From Macrostomum lignano (taxonomy: Eukaryota), in assembly GCA_002269645.1 (NCBI GenBank), contig NIVC01003503.1, positions 1 through 64,000 on the forward strand: a stretch of DNA of 64,000 nucleotides, read 5' to 3'. Positions 57,197 through 64,000 of the stretch are shown here, piece by piece. Below the pieces are notes generated by a model. It was given only the letters and a program-made list of their open reading frames with translations. It searched no databases and had not been told where the DNA came from. A program made the translations under genes and the position numbers. How positions within the stretch are numbered: the stretch's first letter is position 1; every line of letters begins with the position of its first letter.

Positions 57197-59675
57197 TTCT
57201 GCTAGTATAAATGCTGTCTATAAAATAAAACTAAAACTAGTAGCTCTTTACACAAAGATTAGAGCTAGGGGGAGCAGAATGGTAAGCAGTTAGAGTCGCA
57301 GACCTTTTCAATATTGGATATTCTTTGCCTTGTAGAGGAATTTTTTGCGCGCGCGCAGACGGTCTCCGGAGAAGAAGGAAAGGAAAAATACCTAATGCCT
57401 ATTAATGCAAGTTAATTAAAGAAAAAGGCAGGAAAGCTGCTCAGCAACTAATTGATGAATAATAAAATTGTGTTACAGTATTTTATAAGTAAATATAATG
57501 GTTACAGTATGCAGTAATGTATTGCAAAATTATAATTTATTTTTTTGGATTTTTGGCTTTTTTCTGTATTAATTTCGGTTATTTAGAGATTGAACTAGGA
57601 CCACTCAGCTACTTTAGAAGAGAGCTTTGGTGGCCTAGGGAAAGTTTATAAAGATTTGGAAAAATTTGAGCAGGGGTTTGCTGCAAATTTAAAATTTAAA
57701 TTTTAGCCTATTGAATTAATGTAAATTTTAAAATTTAATTAGCTCAGTTAATATTTAGAGTTTGGAGCTGAGTCTGGACTCAAAAGAGAGATCTAGCAGA
57801 GCTGCAGCTAATGAGAATTAAATTAGAATTTTAGAGTTGACTAGGAGCCTAAAAAAAATTTAAATTTTCCTATTTAATTAGTGCAAAAATAATTTTTTTT
57901 ATTTTAGAGAAAGTAAATCAAGCTCAGAGCTAAGTTATACCTCTAGAGAGAGATTATACCTAGCTCTAGGTGATACAAATATTGAATAATAATAATTAAG
58001 GACTAAGGGTCCAAAAATACAAAAATTAATTTACTATAGAACCTAATGGGTAAAAGGTTAAATACTCAGAAGAGATATTTAACCCAATAAATAATGAAAA
58101 TTATACACTTACAGAGTTGCAAGCAGCTGAGGGGAAGAAAAAATAGAGATTTGGACGCTTGATGAGGGAATAAACACTTCAAAAATTATATATCTAACTA
58201 TTGCCTATTTAACTAGTGTGAAAAATTAAAAGAAAAAAAAAGAAAGTGTGAAAAAAAGCATACGAAAAATTAAAGTGATGAAATGGAGCAGAAAAGCGAA
58301 GAAAGAAGCACAGAGCGATTAATAGAGGCAAGAAGAGAACAAAAGGCACAGAAAGAGTGAAGAAACAGTGGGAAAAGAGTGACTACAATAAATTTTAGCT
58401 AAATTGAAGATTTGCTACATGACTATACTATGCACAGAGTGCCTTAAAAATTTCGAAAATTACATTTTCTAAGTATAAATGTTCGAGGACAGGAGAAGAA
58501 GATACTTTCCCAAGAGCCCAACTGCTCTGTAGTTCTAGAGAAACCCCAAAACTAGCGATTTACCCCTGCCCTAATTATTTCCCCGGGTTGAAACTACTGA
58601 TAGTAGGCAAAAAGCATATTTGAACCCACAATAATTCCGTTCCTAAAATAATCCCCTACTACACTATATTGTATAGTCTATACACATCCATCTGCAGCTA
58701 GTTTTGAAAAGATTAGAAAATGCGCCAACTCATTTGCACGAAAATTGAAAATCAAACCGAATTATAACAAAAAAAGCAAAAAATAATTTCAACCTATCAG
58801 CTCCTATCCTTTCAACTTCACATTGGGGGGTCAAGGCGACAAGCCCCCTTGCGGGTTGTGCTGCCCCACATTTTATCAGGTAAATCAGTGACTTTGTTTT
58901 TATTTTACATTTTCAAATTCCTAATTTCTTCGCACCCTGAGTTTACTTTATAATTACGAGCTCGTATATGATTTCCTATCTTCTGCACGTCTAGCCAATA
59001 GACAATGTTTTTGCTATAAAAACCAAATGGACATTGTTATTAATCGTGTTCAAACACACTGCGAATTGGAGTGACGCAAAAGCTGTCTACCCCAAGTGAC
59101 GGAATCCGTACAGCAACGCAGGGACGCAGAATTTCAGAAATATTAACGGACTTAGTGCGGCACAGTCGTTAATGAAAGTCTGAAAAGTTTATGAGCACAA
59201 AGAGAAAGTGTTGTAGGGGATATTTCTGTCTGTTAAAATCCCACTGCTGTTACCAAATTGTTGTAGGGGTCTTTACTATTATTGTATTTTTATTCCACTA
59301 TGCCACCAAGTTGTACCAGGGGGTGTTTAATTATTTTAGATTATCCTACCAATGTCAGCAAGTTGTGGTAGATGTATTTACTTCCTAGTTTATAGTCACG
59401 CTGCTGAATCAAGTTGTTGTAATTTAGAATAGTTATTACTCCATAAAATTACTTAGTCAATTATTGTTTCTTAGAAAACATTAAGTCTAGAATTCTAATC
59501 TAAGGACTCCTTGAATCTATGCAAGTCGCCCTGGTAGCAGTGTCGAGCGGCAAACACTGGTCTACATGTAGTTATGAGTTTCACCACTATTATTATTACT
59601 ACTATTAATTCCCTATATTTAGTTGCGGGCTCCCTTGGAAGGAGTTGCCCGACTCGTCAACCGTCTATTTCTGGC

Positions 59676-59765
59676 TTCTTACAGCTTCTCTGGCCTCTTA
59701 CTGCTTTTCTTGCTTCTAACAGCTTTCTCTGGCCTCTTACTGCTTTCTTGCTTCTAACAGCTTGC
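59676..59765. repeat. ~38-bp direct repeat (2.3 units) inside an LTR-like segment
   Basis: cagctt(t)ctctggcctcttactgcttt(t)cttgcttctaa occurs twice; gtatttatagg at ~59866. Confidence 0.75.
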
Positions 59766-61559
59766 TCTCCTGTCTTGCTTTCCAGTGACTAAGACAACAC
59801 GTTTTGCCTTTCTTAACCGAATCAAGGAAACGGCGGGCGAAGTTTTAAAGCCCGAAAAACGCTTGTATTTATAGGTTTTTACTGGGGGGAGGACGGGTGC
59901 GCGGAACGTGTTTAAACAAAATATTACTTCATCAATTTAAACAAAATAATTTTTCTTCGCTATAACAAATGTTTCGTTTAAACAGAATAATTCGGTAACT
60001 ATGAAATTTAAGAATAATAAAGATGTGCATACTTGCAGCCAGTTCCAGAAGGCCTGTTGCTCGGGCCCTCTCATCTGCCATGAGGTTAGATTCTCTATCA
60101 AAGGCAGATACTACTTTGTTTAAAAGTATAAGTTTACAAAAACAGGAAGTTAATAAAATTATCAATAATATAATTAAAGATAATTCATCCAAATAGCTAT
60201 GTCACTCTGAACTAAATGCAACTTCCTACTTTACCCAAAGATGTCAATATATTAAATGGGATTTTAAACTACAATATATACTACAAATAATATATATTAC
60301 TTTTATCATATGATCATAAATATTACCCATGGCAATAGAAGATGCCCCTGTTATAGATGATGCAGCTACACTGCCTGAAGCAGCTATAGCAACTTCCGAT
60401 TGGCAATCAACATGTCCATACAGCTCATCAACGGAAACATTGCCCATGCAATTGGTAGTTAATGCACTTTCTCCATGATGGGACAACCGAGTCTGTTTGG
60501 CAGCTGAAGGCTCATTAGAAGCAGGAATAGGAAAGAGCTGCAAGGCCTTTTCCACCATATTATGTGTTTTCAGCCTCGCTAGCAAGTGTAGACAGTTGAT
60601 TCATACAGGAATTTATATAGCGCTCAGAGCCTTTGGCTACTTCAGAGTTTAAGGCAATGGCCTTTGACACGAGCGGCGGTAGTGTGGAATGAAATAGTTT
60701 ACCATACATGCGAAGGCAAACCTTAGATCCCTTAAAGAAAAAGATTAAAGAAAAAGATAAGGCAAAGGAAATCGTTTTATATGAAACTTTAGGTTTTTAA
60801 AATATTTAATATATTCTTTAAACTTACCACTTCCAAGGAGGCCTTCTCTTCCGGTGTAAAAGATGATGGCTAATATGGGCTTCCAAAATAAATACATACA
60901 TATTTCTCATCCCAGGACACTTTATGGATAATAAAACAAAACATTTTGATGAATTATTGGTTGTTGCACGATCAAGAGGTTTAATTTGTCGTTTGCTACG
61001 TGCAGATGCCATTGTAGAACTAAGCTATAATGAGAAATATACTATTGCTGTTTGCAATATATATATTCTCATATTTCTAGGCATAGCTTTGCTATATCAT
61101 ATAAATTAGATCTATATACAACTCCCTGTATGAAAAAGTTGTAAAATTGCGAATGGCATCCAGTGCACTATTGAAATTTTTCTAAAGCGCAGTACAAACA
61201 CAGGCGCGTAGCCCCTGCGCGCATGCACTGCCCTTCTTGCTAGTTGCTAACTATGTTTTCCTGAATTTTGATTTTGGAAAATTAAAATTTTAATTTTGAT
61301 TAATTGACAGTGATTGAATTTTGATTTTAATAGAAAAGCTCTTTTGGAAAATCTCTAATAATGCTAAAGTGCAGTAAAAAAAATCGACTCTATTCTAAAG
61401 CGCACATCTGCAGGTTTCAACCTTATACCAATAGGGATACAACTTAATGAATGCATTCTAGATTTTGTATATTAATCAAGTTTAATTAAATTAAAGATCA
61501 GTTGATCAAGCCTCGCTTAGATATATATATATATAAATTTTAGATTTTAAATCTAAAAT

Positions 61560-62310
61560 ATAGAAACTTTTAGACACGACAGCTGTGTCTCTAATAGTGA
61601 CTTGGTCTATACTTATAGACACAGCTGCTGTGTCTATAAGTTTCTGCATTATAGGCACAGCTGCCGTGTCTATAAGTATAGACTCAGTCACTATTAGAGA
61701 CATGGCTGCCATGTCAATGAAACTTGCACAGCAGCCGTGTCCTTAATATTGAATAGGTTCACACTTAAAGACACGGTGGGTAACCGTGCGTGTCTTTAAT
61801 ATTGGAGCTTATAGGCACGGCTGCCATCGCCATGCATAATCATTGATCGGATAAAAAGATCAATGAATTAAAAAACGGATTGAAAAATTAAATTTAATTT
61901 TTAAGAATAACACAAAATCATTTTAAAGTGCAGCCAAAATTATATGTAGCTTCTTAAATAGAAATATTTTTTTCAATACATATCAGCCGCACTTTAAGAT
62001 TTAGTGTTACTCTTATATTAAAAAATTAAATTAAATTTATTATTTCATTTAATTTAAAAAAAAACTTTAAAATTTCAAGACGGAAAAATTTCTGTTTGCT
62101 AAAAAAATTCAAATTAAAAAAACTGACCACTAGGGATTCGAACCAAGCTACACGTAATCACAAGGCAATCAACATATCCCCTAGGCCACTATTTGCTTGT
62201 AAGAGAGCCCTATAAAACACGCATTTTATATTGATGATTATAGCCGTGCCTATAAGCTCAAATATTATATTTATAGACGCGGCCACCATGCCTACAAGTA
62301 TTCCATTTAA
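61560..62310. mobile_element. Foldback-like element with modular hairpin repeats
   Basis: aatattggagcttataggcacggct (~61799) pairs with agccgtgcctataagctcaaatatt (~62242). Inner inverted segments are centred near 61955. Repeated GACAC(A/G)GCTGC(T/C)GTGTC motifs. Confidence 0.55.
62123..62190 (-). mobile_element. Degenerate tRNA-derived SINE head
   Basis: The - strand reads agtggcctagggg ... ggttcgaatccctagtggtcag (B box). Confidence 0.45.
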
Positions 62311-62383
62311 ATAATAGCCGGATAGGGTCTAGGCTAAACTCTCTAACAATAAAATATTTATAAAATAAATAATAACTTATAAT

Positions 62384-62565
62384 CAGTGGCATAGGGTAGC
62401 TAACGGGGCTAGGTCCCCCTGAAATTGACCTCTCCTTTAAAAATCTACAGAAAAAATTGCCTTTTTTCCAATAATTTTCTGGAGAAAAAACCCTTCCCTT
62501 GTATACCCCCTCCTTTGGGTGCTAAATGCCCCCCCCCCCTGAAAAAATTTCTGGCAGTGCCACTG
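62384..62565. mobile_element. hAT-type MITE (182 bp)
   Basis: cagtggca...tgccactg termini; exact 8-bp TSD cttataat at 62376-62383 and 62566-62573. Confidence 0.9.
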
Positions 62566-62641
62566 CTTATAATCTTAAACATATTCTAAATAATGAGTTC
62601 TTAAATTTAAAAAAAATTATTCTACTAATTTATACATAGAC

Positions 62642-63272
62642 TAGGGGGACACAAAATCCCTGATTCTGTCAATCCCGGGATCCCGGGATTGATATTTTTC
62701 CAGTACCATTGCGAATTACTTTTTTATCACGTGACTAACGTGAGAACATTTGCAAGTTGCAAGTAGAAATTAGCAAACACTATGCAAAGCAATATAAATT
62801 TATATACATGTATTACATACTATGTAGTAGCGCTAGCAGTATGCACATTGCAAAACAAATGCACATGACTCGTGGACGTGGTCGTGGAGTCGTTGGCCCG
62901 TGGCATGATGCACACTCACAAGGAGTCACAAGGACTCACAGTCACAACACAAGTCACAACCTACTACCGCCTGGGCATTCACGTTGTCACTTGTCAGTCT
63001 GGAGTCTGGACTCACGAATATGAGTTCAAACTTAAAAATCAAATCTCAACGTTAAATGATTTAAACAAGACTCAACTCAAACAACATTAAAGACCTTACA
63101 AAGTGGGCAACGGAGAATGGACATGTATGCATGTATGTTCCATATTTGAACTAACTGCCATTTTACGATAAAATACTTGCTATTATATCAGACATTATAA
63201 AAACATAGCCTTAACGTTCCGGGATTGAATCCCGACCCTGTGAATCCCGGGATCCCGGGATTGTGACCCCTA
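62642..63272. mobile_element. hAT-type MITE (631 bp)
   Basis: tagggg.acacaa..atccc / gggattgtgaccccta termini, subterminal aatcccgggatcccgggatt palindromes at both ends, and 8-bp TSD acatagac/atatagac (one mismatch). Confidence 0.85.
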
Positions 63273-64000
63273 ATATAGACCATCTTTATAGAAAATTATT
63301 GGCCTATTGCTAGCAGGTTGGACTAAGCAGAGCCTAATATAATATTGCAAAAATTAAGCCAAATGAAAAAACAAGCCAAGCCTAGGGCCTATAACTTATT
63401 TATAAGTAGGCCTAGTGGCAGCATTCATTACACAGTTAATAGGCTGATAGGGTTAAAAGAAGTTTAAAGACAGGTAGACCCTAATACTTAAGCAACATGA
63501 ATAGATAGCATATTACAAATTTAGTAGGACTATACTATATTGTAATTGTAGGATTTTAAAAAGTATGAATGAAAAGTGGATCTTATGAAAAGTTAGATTT
63601 CATACAGTGTAAGCCTATACAGTGCATTAAATTTATAAATATAAGTATTAGACACTCATTCTAGTATTAAGCGCTGCAGATAATTTTTTTCAAGTAAGCG
63701 TTTTTACAAGAAACTCATCTTGCTCGACAATGAGCGTATATAAGTATTAGTTATAAAGTTGTAGCCCTGGCTTTGACAACACACAAAACTGGACGAGGCA
63801 GTCCTTTGCAACATTAGTGCTGTGTTACAGAAAATCTTTTTTAGAGATTTAACTTTCAGACTTTCAGTCTTTCTCTCAAACTAACTTTTAGTAATTTATA
63901 GTCTTATTTCTGACATTTTAGATGCCAAACGCTTTTTAGTGGCCATACTATGTCGATTTGTTAAAAATAAAGAACGCAACAATTAATATGCATTTCTCAA

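Larger units (their letters stand above)
49975..57290 (-). mobile_element. Non-LTR retrotransposon (Jockey/I-like LINE) with an AlkB-containing ORF1; 3'-truncated and interrupted by a mariner
   Basis: In order on the - strand: short 5' UTR, ORF1 (AlkB, SYASAA, VVRGVP, three CCHC-type knuckles), ORF2 (APE endonuclease, RT). GC-rich relative to the AT-rich right flank. Confidence 0.88.

Noticed and set aside
56481-57293. 270-aa + strand ORF
   Set aside because: It is the antisense shadow of the low-complexity ORF1 N-terminus and has no recognisable motif.
57300-58600. AT-rich region with frequent gagct/ctag/ttaattaa words as a satellite or Helitron
   Set aside because: No periodic unit, defined termini or ORF could be established by eye.

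Overview
This is eukaryotic (invertebrate animal; flatworm-like, by inference only) genomic DNA, rich in transposons. It has four main parts. (1) 1-5.4 kb: the 5' half of a Ty3/Gypsy LTR retrotransposon (- strand) and a decayed piggyBac element. (2) 5.7-29.7 kb: a tandem array of six intronless DEG/ENaC channel genes on the - strand (three intact, three with small indels), plus an inverted 5' fragment and a short TM2 fragment. The copies are segmental mosaics of near-identical constant blocks and interchangeable variable blocks. (3) 31.9-46.5 kb: a five-exon CXorf65/C22orf15-family gene missed by the ORF track, with a different minisatellite in each of introns 2-4. It is followed by a self-nested ~790-bp MITE family, LTR remnants, a Gypsy 3' remnant with an extra ORF, and an RCCD1-like gene. 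(4) 48.9-64 kb: mariner remnants, MITEs and a Jockey/I-like LINE. The LINE's long ORF1 appears to carry a complete AlkB (ALKBH2/3-like) 2OG-Fe(II) dioxygenase domain upstream of its zinc knuckles, and its endonuclease is split by an intact long-TIR mariner. The AlkB-carrying LINE and the combinatorial ENaC array are the strongest leads.
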